Shown: positions 33,201 through 43,406 of the stretch, piece by piece
Layout: each line of letters begins with the position of its first letter
Position numbering within the stretch: the stretch's first letter is position 1
Source of the DNA: Diplonema japonicum
Lineage: Eukaryota > Protista > Euglenozoa: Diplonemea
DNA length: 64,000 nucleotides
Reading direction: 5' to 3'
NCBI GenBank assembly: GCA_964019335.1
Contig: OZ025665.1
Location: forward strand, 372,001 to 436,000
Made by a program: the position numbers and the translations under genes
Notes under the pieces: generated by a model
Told to the model about the DNA's origin: nothing
Database searches by the model: none
Seen by the model: only the letters and a program-made list of their open reading frames with translations

Positions 33201-33232
<32 letters not shown>

Positions 33233-34202
33233 GGGAAAAAAAATGTCATTTTATTTCCCTTTTTTTTTTTTTTTTTTTAATTCTGCACCCGCTATATTTC
33301 TAAAGGGTACGCAGAGTTCTTGAGCACGCAAAAAATAAAGTAAATTGCTGTAAAACAGAATTTCATTCATTTCTACTCATATTTGAAGGGGGGGAGAAGA
33401 AAAAAAAAAAGGGAAAACCATAGAGACGAACACTTCGGAGATTTGAACGTGTTTGAAGAAGGAGAAAAAAAAAAGAAGAAAAAAAACTAGTTTGGCGCTC
33501 CATTTGTTTGTGCGCACGAGCGGAACTTTACCTAATAAAATAGCTCATTACGCTGCCATCAACTAGTTTTTAGTCTCGACAATAATATTGTTAAAACAAA
33601 AAAGAGAAACAAAAGAAAACCAAAAAGACAAGTCGAGATAGCGAACGGGTTATAAAAATAGAGCAATTTTCTTTTTTTCTCCTAAAAAAAAAAAAGAAAA
33701 AAAAAAACGAATGATGGAGAAATATACAAATTCTTTTTTTATTGTTTTTTTTTTTTTTTTTTTTTCTTTTCAAGAACTAGAAACTTATCAAAGAATTAAT
33801 TCTACGCACTTTCTTCTCCTTCTTATTTTATTTTTTTTTTTCTTCCACACCCCCACCTCAAGACTCAAGAGCTGGGACGACTATTTTACACAGCGGGAAA
33901 AAAAAAGGGGAAAAAAAAAGGAAGAAAAAGAGGGGGGGAAAGGATGAGATAAACGGGGTTCTTTTGTTTTGGGAACGTAGTTATCTACCCCCTTTCCCCT
34001 TGGGGCCTCAAGAAAAGGGGGAAAAAAATGAGGTAGTAAATTTGAAAGAGGAACTAACCGTTGTTTTGTACGTGCCGGGTAAAACCTGGAGAAGTTTGTA
34101 AAACCCCAACGCTCTCCTTTTGTTTAGACGAGTCAAAGACTAGTTCTTGCAAAAAAAAAAAAAGAAAAAAAAAAGAAAAAAAAGAAAAGAGAAAGAAAAA
34201 AA

Positions 34203-34394
34203 ACTGTTACCTTCCCTCTTGTGCCTCATTCCCGAGGCAGCCGTAGTCTTAGGTCTCGACCGCATCCTAATGCGCCTTCGAGACCACAGGTACAAGACCA
34301 CAAGAGAGGAGTCAATTCAAGATTCTATCGATGCAGCCACTTTCACCTAAAGAAGGGATAACCGGACAAGAAGTGCCTCTCAAGAAAAATGTGT

Positions 34395-34400
<6 letters not shown>
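34203..34400 (-). ncRNA. Candidate structured RNA (unidentified)
   Basis: Ends pair (CTGTTAC/GTAACAG); nested stems CTCTTG/CAAGAG, TGCCTC/GAGGCA, GTGGTCTT/AAGACTAC, GGTCTCGA/TCGAGACC and CGCAT/ATGCG; several mismatches become G-U pairs on the minus strand. Confidence 0.35.
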
Positions 34401-34447
<47 letters not shown>

Positions 34448-34555
34448 CACGACAACCACGATACGCCATTCTTCGACTCCCCCCCCCCGTTTTTTTTTTT
34501 TTTTTTTTTTTTTCCCTTTGCCCTCAAAATAAAAAAAATATTTATAATATTTGGG

Positions 34556-35023
34556 TTAGTCGAGACGGCCTATAGGCGTCCAGGATTCTAGGTTTTGGAG
34601 CGATGCGATAGTAATGGAGAGGGGGACGGGTGTTCTGTTGGGTAGGTCGGCAGCGTGCCCGCCATGGGCGAGCCACGCAGTGACGGCCTCTATGGGAGGA
34701 TGAGATGCAGATTTTCTCACGGAATGCGTTGTAGGTGCTGTCCATAAAGCTCGTTGCTCGATCCACGCCAAGGGGCCCACACCGTACTCTTCCGTTATCC
34801 TCCGCTGTTGGGCCGTGCTACCTAATGAAGAGACTAGGTCAATAACACCATCTTTCCCGCATGTCATACACCTGTTTGTGCCACCTATTTTCTCAAAATA
34901 ACATTCCCCACATTCTGTACATCTACTCTTATAACTCGTACGTATGTTCATACAATTCTTGCAACCTTCTTTGTGTTCTGAGTCTTCTCTCCTTGTAGCT
35001 AGTCCTTTGTGTATACAGCCCAT
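34556..35023 (-). CDS. Zinc-ribbon + DUF4050 (Gag1-like clamp)-like small protein, paralog 1
   Basis: CxxC pairs (CKNC, CTEC, CMTC), GVGPLAWIEQRALWT and PVPLSITIASLQNLESWTPIGRLD; homologous to 36593-37069. Confidence 0.7.
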   Translation of the reverse strand: MGCIHKGLATRREDSEHKEGCKNCMNIRTSYKSRCTECGECYFEKIGGTNRCMTCGKDGVIDLVSSLGSTAQQRRITEEYGVGPLAWIEQRALWTAPTTHSVRKSASHPPIEAVTAWLAHGGHAADLPNRTPVPLSITIASLQNLESWTPIGRLD

Positions 35024-35389
35024 GTGGATGGCTGACCCTGGGCCTGTATGGTGTGTGGTGCGTGTTTTGTTGTTAGGTTATCGATATCATAAGAACATAA
35101 GAATAGAGGAAAGAGAAAAAAAAAAAGAGAAAAAAAAAACACACTAATCTTTGCAGGATTGGGGGGAAAACATAATGCCCCTCTTTTTTTTTTTTTTTCT
35201 TTTTTTTTTTTCTAGCCCAGGGAAAATCTTTTTTTAAAAAAAAAAAAGAGACAATTTAAGGGTGCCTGCAGTATGTGGCAGGGCGCCCTGCACAAGTATC
35301 GTCTACTTGAAAAAAAAAAAAAAGGACCGGAACTGATTAAAAAAAAAAAAAAATTAGTCGAAAAAAAAAAAAAAAAAGAAGAGGAAAAT

Positions 35390-35437
<48 letters not shown>

Positions 35438-35780
35438 CTCTCCCAGATAGGGCCCACTCTTTGAATCTCTTTACAACCTTCGCTGTTTTTTTTTTAATTT
35501 GTTTGGCACCAAAGGTCCAAAAACTTTTCTTTTTTTTTTAAAGCCCACACTCTGCTGGTACTAGGAGCGCAAGGTTCTCAACGGTGTCTTTTCTTCTTCT
35601 CTTTTTTTTTTTTTTCCTTCTTCAGCTGCAAAGGGAAATTTTGAAGAAAAAAAAAAATCTTCCAAAGGCCGACTGAGTGCCTGTTTCACCTGAACGCACT
35701 CTGCATCCCCTCACTTCCCGTTTTGATAATGAGGGCTGCTAATTTATTTCTTCTCTTTTTTTTTTTTTTTCCTCAGTGAC

Positions 35781-36098
35781 GCACCCACCCGCACACCGAA
35801 ATTTATCAAAAAAGATTTTTTCCTTTTTCTTTTTTTTTTTTTTACATAAATGACTGAAAAAAGAGAATAGGTGTGTCTGGATGGATCAGAGAAAAGGGTT
35901 TTCATGTGCTTTTTGTGTTCTTTCTTTTCACTTTTTCTTTAAAGTCCAAAGGGGGAGGATAAAAACGGGGGGAGAGAAAAAAAACCAACTGTTTAAGGAT
36001 GGGCCACCACCACCAACATCTGAATCCTCTGCTAATCTTCTTACTTTCTTTGTGTGAACTAACGATGAGCACCCACTCGCACACCGAAATTTATTAAA
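35781..36098. repeat. Pair of 30-bp direct repeats (35781-35810 and 36069-36098)
   Basis: GCACCCAC(C/T)CGCACACCGAAATTTAT(C/T)AAA, 28/30 identical. Confidence 0.8.
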
Positions 36099-36592
36099 TT
36101 TCTTCTTCTTCTTCTTCTGTCTTTACGCTCGCTTTCCCTCTCCCAATTTACTCTTTTTTTTGTTCTGTTCTTCCTCCACCTGTTCACCTTTTTCTTTTTC
36201 CTTCTTCCTCCCATTTTTTTTCGGGGGGGAAATAACAAAAAAAAAAAAAACACTTTCCTACACTCCAAAAAAAAATACAAAACAACAACAAAAAAAAAAG
36301 GAGAGGGAAGCACAAAAAAGGGGTGGACAGCTATCAGGAGGGAAAAAAAAGAAGAAAAAAAATACCAAACACCAACAACTGCACCCCTCCCTCCCCCTAC
36401 CACCGACGTCTTACTGAGAAACACACAGGAGAAAAGAGAAAAAAAAAAAAAAAAAAAGAGGGGGTAGGTAACAATATATACCAAAGACCAAACTTACTTT
36501 TTTTTCCTTTTTTCCTTTCCCCCTTCTTCTGTGATGCTTTCGATTTTCTTTTTTTTCCTGGATTTTTTTTGCTCGGGTTCTGGGCCTCCCAG

Positions 36593-37069
36593 TCACATGG
36601 CAGCAGGCCGCTTGTACTCATGGTCAAGACGGCCGATGGGAACCCAAGTCTCAAGCTGCTGAAGCGCTTTGATGAGCACATTGAGGGGGATAGTTGCCGA
36701 AGGCCGGCTGGACGAAGAAGTGCCTCCTTTTTCCACCCAGTTGAGGACCTGCGCCTCGTATGTCCGAGGATTGCCCGTTGGCTTGGTGCCTGGGCGTGCG
36801 TTAGCTGTCTTTGTAGTCCATTGCTCCCGCTGACGATTCCAGGCTTGAGTACCAATACCGTGTTTAGCTACAATCTCTGCCTTCCATTCATTATCCCCTC
36901 TGTTGGGCTTAATGCTCACCGTTTCCGTGTCGCCACACGCAAAACAAGGCTTCCCAGTAAGATCCTCTTGAAGACTGATCCCACATGCTTTGCACCTCAC
37001 CCGAACGGCAGCCGGTTCATTCACCCTGCACCCGCAGCTCGGGCCGTGCTCCGTCCCGTAATCCGCCAT
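36593..37069 (-). CDS. Zinc-ribbon + DUF4050 (Gag1-like clamp)-like small protein, paralog 2
   Basis: CKAC and CFAC, GIGTQAWNRQREQWT and IPLNVLIKALQQLETWVPIGRLD. Confidence 0.75.
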   Translation of the reverse strand: MADYGTEHGPSCGCRVNEPAAVRVRCKACGISLQEDLTGKPCFACGDTETVSIKPNRGDNEWKAEIVAKHGIGTQAWNRQREQWTTKTANARPGTKPTGNPRTYEAQVLNWVEKGGTSSSSRPSATIPLNVLIKALQQLETWVPIGRLDHEYKRPAAM

Positions 37070-37135
37070 TATTTATTATTTTTTTGGCTTTTCCCTCTTT
37101 TTTTTTTTTTTTTTTTTTTTTAAATTTGTGGGAAG

Positions 37136-37177
<42 letters not shown>

Positions 37178-37178
37178 C

Positions 37179-38144
37179 TCAGACACCCCTTACACCCTTG
37201 CGATTAATGGTGAAGCATGCTGAGGCTTGCGGTAGATCGGGGGACTTCTCGATGGTGGCGGTCCGCATTGTCGAGTTCTTCTCGAGAAAGATCCTGTCCG
37301 TGACCTCATGGGCCCACAGGATGCCCAGCGTAGGGACAGTTGTCTTGCTCTCATCCGGCGTCCACCTCTGCGTCACTTGGTTGCAAGTCGCAACGGCAAC
37401 ATTGTACTTTGCAGCAAGCTCACGCAGACGCTGCCCTAGTGACGCAAGCAACCGTTGCCGTGCTATGCTAACCTCCTTGTTTGTTGTGTCTAAACACCGA
37501 AATGGCGTAGCGACAGAGTCTATGCACACCAACACGCACCGCTCCGTCTGTGGAATCAGAGTGGGGAGCAACGCGACAACTCCAAGAAGCTGGGTTAAAT
37601 CATACACGCGAATCACTCTAATCCCCTCCTTAAGCATTTCCAAGGTAAGATTTACATGAGGGCTCAGCGCTCTCAAATGTTTTAGCAAACCCTCCGCCAC
37701 TTGGTGTATTCTCGCCGATGTCACTGACCCATCAGTGTCTATTATTATCGAGCTTCCGCCCAGCCCGCCCATATTTGTAGGTATTTGCGCGTCAATACAG
37801 AGTTGTATGCAGAGTTGTGTTTTTCCAGTGCCGCCTTCACCTACTAGTTCGGTGAGGCCGCCTAGGCGGATACCTCCGTTCAGTATGCTGTCCAGGTCTT
37901 TGCAGAAGGTTAAGACGCTCTCCCTTTTCGATGATTTGAGGTCGCCCGCTGTCGTTCCCTTGAAGCGGTCGCCTTTCACAGCTCTGAGTAGCTTCCCTAC
38001 AGCTTCTTTCGACAAGCCTGTGTCCTCCGTTATGTCCACCAGCGATGCTGTTTCTATATCCGTCCTGCTTCGGTACCCGCAGGAGTGTAGCCTTTCCCTG
38101 TCGACGGGGCTTAGTTCTTGCAATGCTTTGTTAAAATCGTCCAT
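37179..38144 (-). CDS. RAD51C: RAD51 paralog, RAD51C-like
   Basis: TFCKDLDSILNGGI, Walker A GEGGTGKT, QIPTNMGGLGG..IIDTDGS, Walker B LVCIDSVATPFR and LGILWAH. Start at MDDFNKA. Confidence 0.85.
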   Translation of the reverse strand: MDDFNKALQELSPVDRERLHSCGYRSRTDIETASLVDITEDTGLSKEAVGKLLRAVKGDRFKGTTAGDLKSSKRESVLTFCKDLDSILNGGIRLGGLTELVGEGGTGKTQLCIQLCIDAQIPTNMGGLGGSSIIIDTDGSVTSARIHQVAEGLLKHLRALSPHVNLTLEMLKEGIRVIRVYDLTQLLGVVALLPTLIPQTERCVLVCIDSVATPFRCLDTTNKEVSIARQRLLASLGQRLRELAAKYNVAVATCNQVTQRWTPDESKTTVPTLGILWAHEVTDRIFLEKNSTMRTATIEKSPDLPQASACFTINRKGVRGV

Positions 38145-38498
38145 TTTTTTTTGCAAGCCAAGATCTTTTTTTTTGTTTTGTTTGTTATTTAGGTTTTGAG
38201 GAGGGGTGGGGTACCACAACAACAAAAAAGACAATTTTACTCCCCCCCCCCACACCCCAACCCCCCGTTCCATTACTTATGTGGGTAATGGGAAATAAAA
38301 AAAAAGGGAAAAGAAAATGTAAATAACAAGCTGGGGAGGCTTAAAGTTCCAAAGCATCAAAAAAAAAAAAAGAAAATGTGTCGATACGTTGGGCTCAAAA
38401 AAAAAAAAAAAAAAAAAAAACAAACGGGCAGGGGAGGGAAGGGTTTCTTTTCATTTTTTTTTCCCATTTTTTTCTCTCCTTTCCTCTTTTATATTCCT

Positions 38499-39749
38499 TC
38501 AGAGTTTTGCCACGCTGTCCGTGGTAGTATTCTTGAAGATCGTGACGACAGCAGTCTTGTCGTCTCCGCCCATGTTGGCGGTCATGCCCACGTTGATGGG
38601 CTTTTTGACTTGGTAATCTCCGCATTGGCCCTTCATTTGCCTGTAGACCTCAAGGATCTGTTTGATACCAGTGGCACCAACAGGGTGGCCAAAGCCAATA
38701 AGACCACCACCGGTGTTCACAGGAATCTCACCATTGATCTGCGTAGCCCCCTTGCGAAGAAGGTCGAGGCCCTTGCCTGGGGCAGCAAAGCCAAGGGCCT
38801 CCATCATCATGACCTCGGCCATGGTGAAGCAGTCATGAACCTCCGCCACATCGATATCCTTCGGGGCGGTGCCCGTAGCTTGGTAGCATTGCGTAGCCGC
38901 GGCCTTGATGTTTGCCAAAGCAGTCGGGTCCCTGTCCACGAAGAGGTTGTCAGTTGTCTGTGCGACGTGCATCACCTCGATGCAGAATTTCTCGTCCTTC
39001 CCGAGCTTTTCCAAACCCTTCTCCGAAGCCACCAAAACAGCAGCGGCACCGTCCGTCACCTGCGAACAGTCCGACAGCTTGATATACGGCTTCAACCCCT
39101 CGTTGTTCAAGAACGTCTTCGCCTTCGTAATCTTGTCGTGGGTGAATTTGTTTTCATGCATGTGCGCAAGGGGGTTCCGCTTTGCGTTTTCCATCGCCTT
39201 CAGCGCCACCAAGTCCAAGTCCACTTGCTGTGGATGCTTCTCGAAATAGGCCTTTGCCTTCTCTGCAAACATCGCAGGGAATGTAAAGACGTCGATGGGG
39301 CGCTGTCTCGGGTAGTCGGCTGCTGTTGCGAGGATGTCGCCTCCCTCAGCCGCGTTCTTACCTGTCTGCACCTCGACACCCACAACAAGAACAACATCTG
39401 CGCCTGCTTGGATGGCTTGCACAGCAGATTCGAAGGCAACACCCCCTGACGCACAGGCCGCTTCAAATCTGTACGAAGGCTTCCCGTTCAGTCCGGCATC
39501 GGCGCCTACGGCAGCTGCTCCAAGGTGGCCTTGGTTGCAGAAGTTCTGCCCGAACCCGTTCCCTACCATCACCCTGTCCACGTCTGCACCCTTCACACCC
39601 GTGTTTACCAGCGCACCCCTCACTGCCTTCTTCACATACTCATCTATCCCAATGGCACCCTTCACGAACCCGGAGTCACCTTTACCCGTGAACTTGGTCA
39701 TGTCACCCCCCATCACGAACACCCTCCTCGACAGCGACGACCTCACCAT
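38499..39749 (-). CDS. SCP2-type thiolase (3-ketoacyl-CoA thiolase)
   Basis: EAACASGG (CxS), EVHDCF, GFGHPVGATG and NMGGDD motifs typical of trypanosomatid-type SCP2-thiolases. Confidence 0.92.
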   Translation of the reverse strand: MVRSSLSRRVFVMGGDMTKFTGKGDSGFVKGAIGIDEYVKKAVRGALVNTGVKGADVDRVMVGNGFGQNFCNQGHLGAAAVGADAGLNGKPSYRFEAACASGGVAFESAVQAIQAGADVVLVVGVEVQTGKNAAEGGDILATAADYPRQRPIDVFTFPAMFAEKAKAYFEKHPQQVDLDLVALKAMENAKRNPLAHMHENKFTHDKITKAKTFLNNEGLKPYIKLSDCSQVTDGAAAVLVASEKGLEKLGKDEKFCIEVMHVAQTTDNLFVDRDPTALANIKAAATQCYQATGTAPKDIDVAEVHDCFTMAEVMMMEALGFAAPGKGLDLLRKGATQINGEIPVNTGGGLIGFGHPVGATGIKQILEVYRQMKGQCGDYQVKKPINVGMTANMGGDDKTAVVTIFKNTTTDSVAKL

Positions 39750-39847
39750 TGTTGCTTTGCTCCCTGTGGTTGGTGGTTTTTTTTTGGGGGGGGGTAGGAG
39801 GTTTAAAAAAAAATAGAATTCAAAGGGAACTTAGAATGAGAGATGGT

Positions 39848-42250
39848 CTACTGGTTGAACACAATATCGAATTGGGTGCTTATCTCGGAGCGTGTTTCGC
39901 AGTGGGGCAGGAGCTGCGCCAGGGTGTGGGCGTAGCCGGTCCAGACCTGAGACTTTTCCAGTGCCGAAAGGCGGTGGTAGTAGATCCCATTGTTCCAGGA
40001 CTCGGCGGCAAGCCATTCCAACTCAGCAGGCGGGTACGTGTTGTGATGAGCAGCTACAACGTCCTTCATGCTCTGGACAAGTTCCCACTGCTGGTCCCTG
40101 CCCTCTGCATCCGTCATACATTTCCTGAACAATGCTGCAAAGTGCGGCACGTCTTCTGGTGAAGATGGGAGAGCTGCCTGCAGTGACAGCTTCATCACTT
40201 GCTTGTGGACGGAAGGCGAGTGGTTCGGCGTCCCTGGGGCCACCATTATTGCCACAACATCAAAGTCCTCAGATGTCACACCATCAAGGCATGCAAGCTC
40301 CTTCAGCACTTCCGTCACGTCCTGCTTGAGAGCCACTTTGGACTTGATGACCAGCAACAGGAGTACCTTCATCACCTTCGGGTCCCCATTGAGCTTCGGT
40401 GCTAGTTCGCGTGCTTCCCGTAGCTCTTGCTCCACGTCTCGGTGCTTTGATTCTAAAGTGACGGAGCAGTACCGCAGCAGGCCGTAAAACTCGCCCTCTA
40501 CGTCGCCGAGAAGCTTGCTCAACAGCACGGAGATGTTGTACAACTTGTTCTGGTCTGCCTTGCACCGCCACCACTCCAACTCTTCAGCGCTGACACCTGA
40601 TGTCATCTGCCCCATCACCTGTGCGGCAGATTGAATCACGCCCTCCAGTTTGTCAATGCCCTCCTGCTCGTAGCACAGAAACATGTTGACCAGAAGCTGG
40701 AGTCTTTCCTGCGGCTTCATGGCGACATCCATGCTGTCCTTCATAACAGCTAAAGCATCTCCTGCTAGCAGCGGGTAGCCTTTGCCGTACGCGTACTGTG
40801 CGCAGCTGGCTGCTATTTTACTAAGGATCGGGTCCTTCATCTGGCCCAGTTTCAGGATGTCTTCCTGTGCATTGGTCACGTCGTCCATGCTGATTAAGAT
40901 CTTGATCAGCAGGTACGCTGTGTACGCTGACGAAGCCTCGATTTCCTGTGAGAGCCGAGCATACGCCAGCGCCTCGGAAAAGTCTTCCTGGTTGAAGTGT
41001 ATGTTGGCCAGGGCACGGTAGGTCTTGGCTCTGTCCTCTGCTTTCGAGGGCGGCACAATTTCTGCCACCTTCTTGAGCCACTTGACGGTATCCTCTCCCG
41101 GCAGGCACTGCGCCCTTCCAAAAGCTGTTGTGTACAAAGCAGCAAGCTGTGCACCCGTCAATTCCGTCGCCCCCTTCATGTGGGCCTCTCCGACGGAGCA
41201 CAAGATCTCAAACGCCTCCTGCAGCTCACCAGTTTCGCATAACAGGTTCAGTAACCTGACTTTGCACTCAGGTGTGGGGTCCTTGCAACCCTTCAGCACG
41301 GCGACGGCACTGGGGAGAGAGTTGCACTGTGCCATCCCCTGCGCCAAGGTAAGGGCCATTTTAGGCGTGAACTCAGCATCTCCGAGAAGGACAGGGATTA
41401 GAGGTTGTGCTTCAGGGGACTGCAGCTGAACAAGATACCTACAGAGGAGGTAGGTGCCGACGCATGTGGGGTGGAGGCTGTTGGCCGTCTCTATGGATGT
41501 CTTGGCGGCAGAGATGTTCCCTAGAAGGTGGTACGAGTGGGATTCAAGGCGCAGCATTCTTGCTTGGACTTCGGGGAGGATGGGTTTCTTGCTTTGCGAC
41601 GAGCTTTCTAAGGCGAACGTGAGGATCTCGATGCAAGCACCATGTTTCTTTGTGTTGTGCGCTTCTTCCGCCATGTCGTAGAAGAGGTCTAGCGTGCGAG
41701 TCGCATCGTCAGCATGTCCCCACAGACGGGCGGTGACTGAAGCCGCGTACACAAGTGGGTCTTGGTCGGCCTTCCAGCGTGCCTCGATAGCTGATGTGTA
41801 GCAATCGGCTAAGAGCGCTGTGGTCTTGTGCGACGAAGGTACGCCCTCGGCATAAACAATAGCGACATCTATGCACCGAACTGCCTCTACGGGGACACGG
41901 GCGCACAGCCACTCCCTGCCTGTCTTCTGCCACGCCCTGCTGAGCTCGATGTCCATCTTCGGTGAGGCACCTTTGCTGATTGCCTTCTGCAGCGACCTCG
42001 CGCATACCTCCCTCGACCTGGCCTTCAGCGCGGGGCGTACATCTTTCATCCCACTTATGCACCCCCACAAACTGCTCACAACTCCTTTCACCTTCTTCTT
42101 GTCATCCCCTCCTTCCACGGTGTTGTCACCGCGCAGCGCCTGCTCACTCTCTACAAGAACAGGTTCCAGCTCATCCTTCTTAGAAGCGTCCTTGGCCACA
42201 TCTTCCAACCTCTCGAGTGCATCCACCACTACTGTTGCATATGAGTGCAT
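39848..42250 (-). CDS. ZIP4: TPR protein, ZIP4/SPO22/TEX11-like (meiotic ZMM)
   Basis: 800 aa of TPR-like helices; WQKTGREW, QARMLRL, and C-terminal YPPAELEWLAAESWNNGIYY..W...A resembling the TEX11/Spo22 C-terminal signature. Confidence 0.7.
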   Translation of the reverse strand: MHSYATVVVDALERLEDVAKDASKKDELEPVLVESEQALRGDNTVEGGDDKKKVKGVVSSLWGCISGMKDVRPALKARSREVCARSLQKAISKGASPKMDIELSRAWQKTGREWLCARVPVEAVRCIDVAIVYAEGVPSSHKTTALLADCYTSAIEARWKADQDPLVYAASVTARLWGHADDATRTLDLFYDMAEEAHNTKKHGACIEILTFALESSSQSKKPILPEVQARMLRLESHSYHLLGNISAAKTSIETANSLHPTCVGTYLLCRYLVQLQSPEAQPLIPVLLGDAEFTPKMALTLAQGMAQCNSLPSAVAVLKGCKDPTPECKVRLLNLLCETGELQEAFEILCSVGEAHMKGATELTGAQLAALYTTAFGRAQCLPGEDTVKWLKKVAEIVPPSKAEDRAKTYRALANIHFNQEDFSEALAYARLSQEIEASSAYTAYLLIKILISMDDVTNAQEDILKLGQMKDPILSKIAASCAQYAYGKGYPLLAGDALAVMKDSMDVAMKPQERLQLLVNMFLCYEQEGIDKLEGVIQSAAQVMGQMTSGVSAEELEWWRCKADQNKLYNISVLLSKLLGDVEGEFYGLLRYCSVTLESKHRDVEQELREARELAPKLNGDPKVMKVLLLLVIKSKVALKQDVTEVLKELACLDGVTSEDFDVVAIMVAPGTPNHSPSVHKQVMKLSLQAALPSSPEDVPHFAALFRKCMTDAEGRDQQWELVQSMKDVVAAHHNTYPPAELEWLAAESWNNGIYYHRLSALEKSQVWTGYAHTLAQLLPHCETRSEISTQFDIVFNQ

Positions 42251-42316
42251 TGTGTGTAAATGAAAGGGGGAAAAAAAAACCTTTTTTTCAAAGAAACTTT
42301 TACTTTGCGCAGCGAA

Positions 42317-42352
<36 letters not shown>

Positions 42353-42524
42353 AAGAAAAAGAAAAAAAGAATACTTTTGTGCCGGCGTTTTGTCCACTAA
42401 TCAAAAAAATAAGAACAAAAGGAGAAAAAAAAAACCCCCCCAATTAAAAGAAATCCATTCTATTTAGAGTGCATGTTAGGGGGGAGATAAATGAGCACCT
42501 TAGTTGCTGTTGTTTTGGTTTACT

Positions 42525-43250
42525 TTACTTTAATTCTTTGCTACCATACCAAGGGTCAGTCATTGGGTCCACCTTGTCCTTGTTGTCGTCCATTGCTACA
42601 GAGGGCTTGAGGGAGGCAAGGGTGGTATCGCAAGAGGTGTCCCACGAGGTGGTGACGGCATTTATGCCGATTACGATTTTGAGGTCGAATTTTGCGGCGA
42701 ACTTTTTGAGGCAGAAATCGGCTCGGCCTTCGGTCGAAAACTTGGAGATGGTTTTCAGCTTAGACATATCTTGAAGGTGTTTTTGGTGGAAGAGGAAGAA
42801 ACAAACACGGTGGGAGCCTGTGTCCTTTGCAGGGTGCGGAGGCTGCCACCTGAACCAGTCACGTCCTGATGAAAACTTAGTGTCGCCTTCAATATTGAAT
42901 CGAACCCATAGCAACTGCTTTGATTCAAAGTCGAAGGCCGCTAGGCAGTACCGTATTCCGTCAGCAGCCTCGAACATGTAGATAGGTTTGTCCCGAATCT
43001 TGTTGCATTGCAAGGTGTTGCCGTTCAGTGCCACGTCCTCGCTGTCCCCACCGCCCCAAGCGACTTCGACAAACTGCTGCGGCGTGAACTCCGGGTAGAT
43101 CCCATCCCTGAAGATCCCTATCTTCTCCGCTTCTTTCTTCAGCTTCAACATCCTCTGCTGATACACTTCCTTCATCCCCTCCTCTCTCATCTCTTTCACA
43201 TTCTTGGCAACTTCATCTTCGAGCTTCTTCTTATCGATGTCTTTGGACAT
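42525..43250 (-). CDS. PEBP-fold protein (mitoribosomal mL38-like or PEBP family)
   Basis: GNTL..P, LLWVRFNI, WQPPHPAKDTGSHRVCFFLFHQ and RADFCLKKFAAKFDL. Confidence 0.8.
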   Translation of the reverse strand: MSKDIDKKKLEDEVAKNVKEMREEGMKEVYQQRMLKLKKEAEKIGIFRDGIYPEFTPQQFVEVAWGGGDSEDVALNGNTLQCNKIRDKPIYMFEAADGIRYCLAAFDFESKQLLWVRFNIEGDTKFSSGRDWFRWQPPHPAKDTGSHRVCFFLFHQKHLQDMSKLKTISKFSTEGRADFCLKKFAAKFDLKIVIGINAVTTSWDTSCDTTLASLKPSVAMDDNKDKVDPMTDPWYGSKELK

Positions 43251-43406
43251 TTCTCCTCCGTTTTTCTTTTTTTTTTTTCTTTTTGTGTCTCCTTCCCTCT
43301 TACATGAGCATTTACATCAACTCTTCAGAAAATAAAACAAAAAACTTTTTTTATACACAAAAAATAAGTACATACAAACCAGAAAGAAAGAAAAAAAAAA
43401 ACCTTG

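Noticed and set aside
38376-39449. 357-aa + strand ORF
   Set aside because: Antisense shadow of the thiolase CDS; no recognisable motifs.
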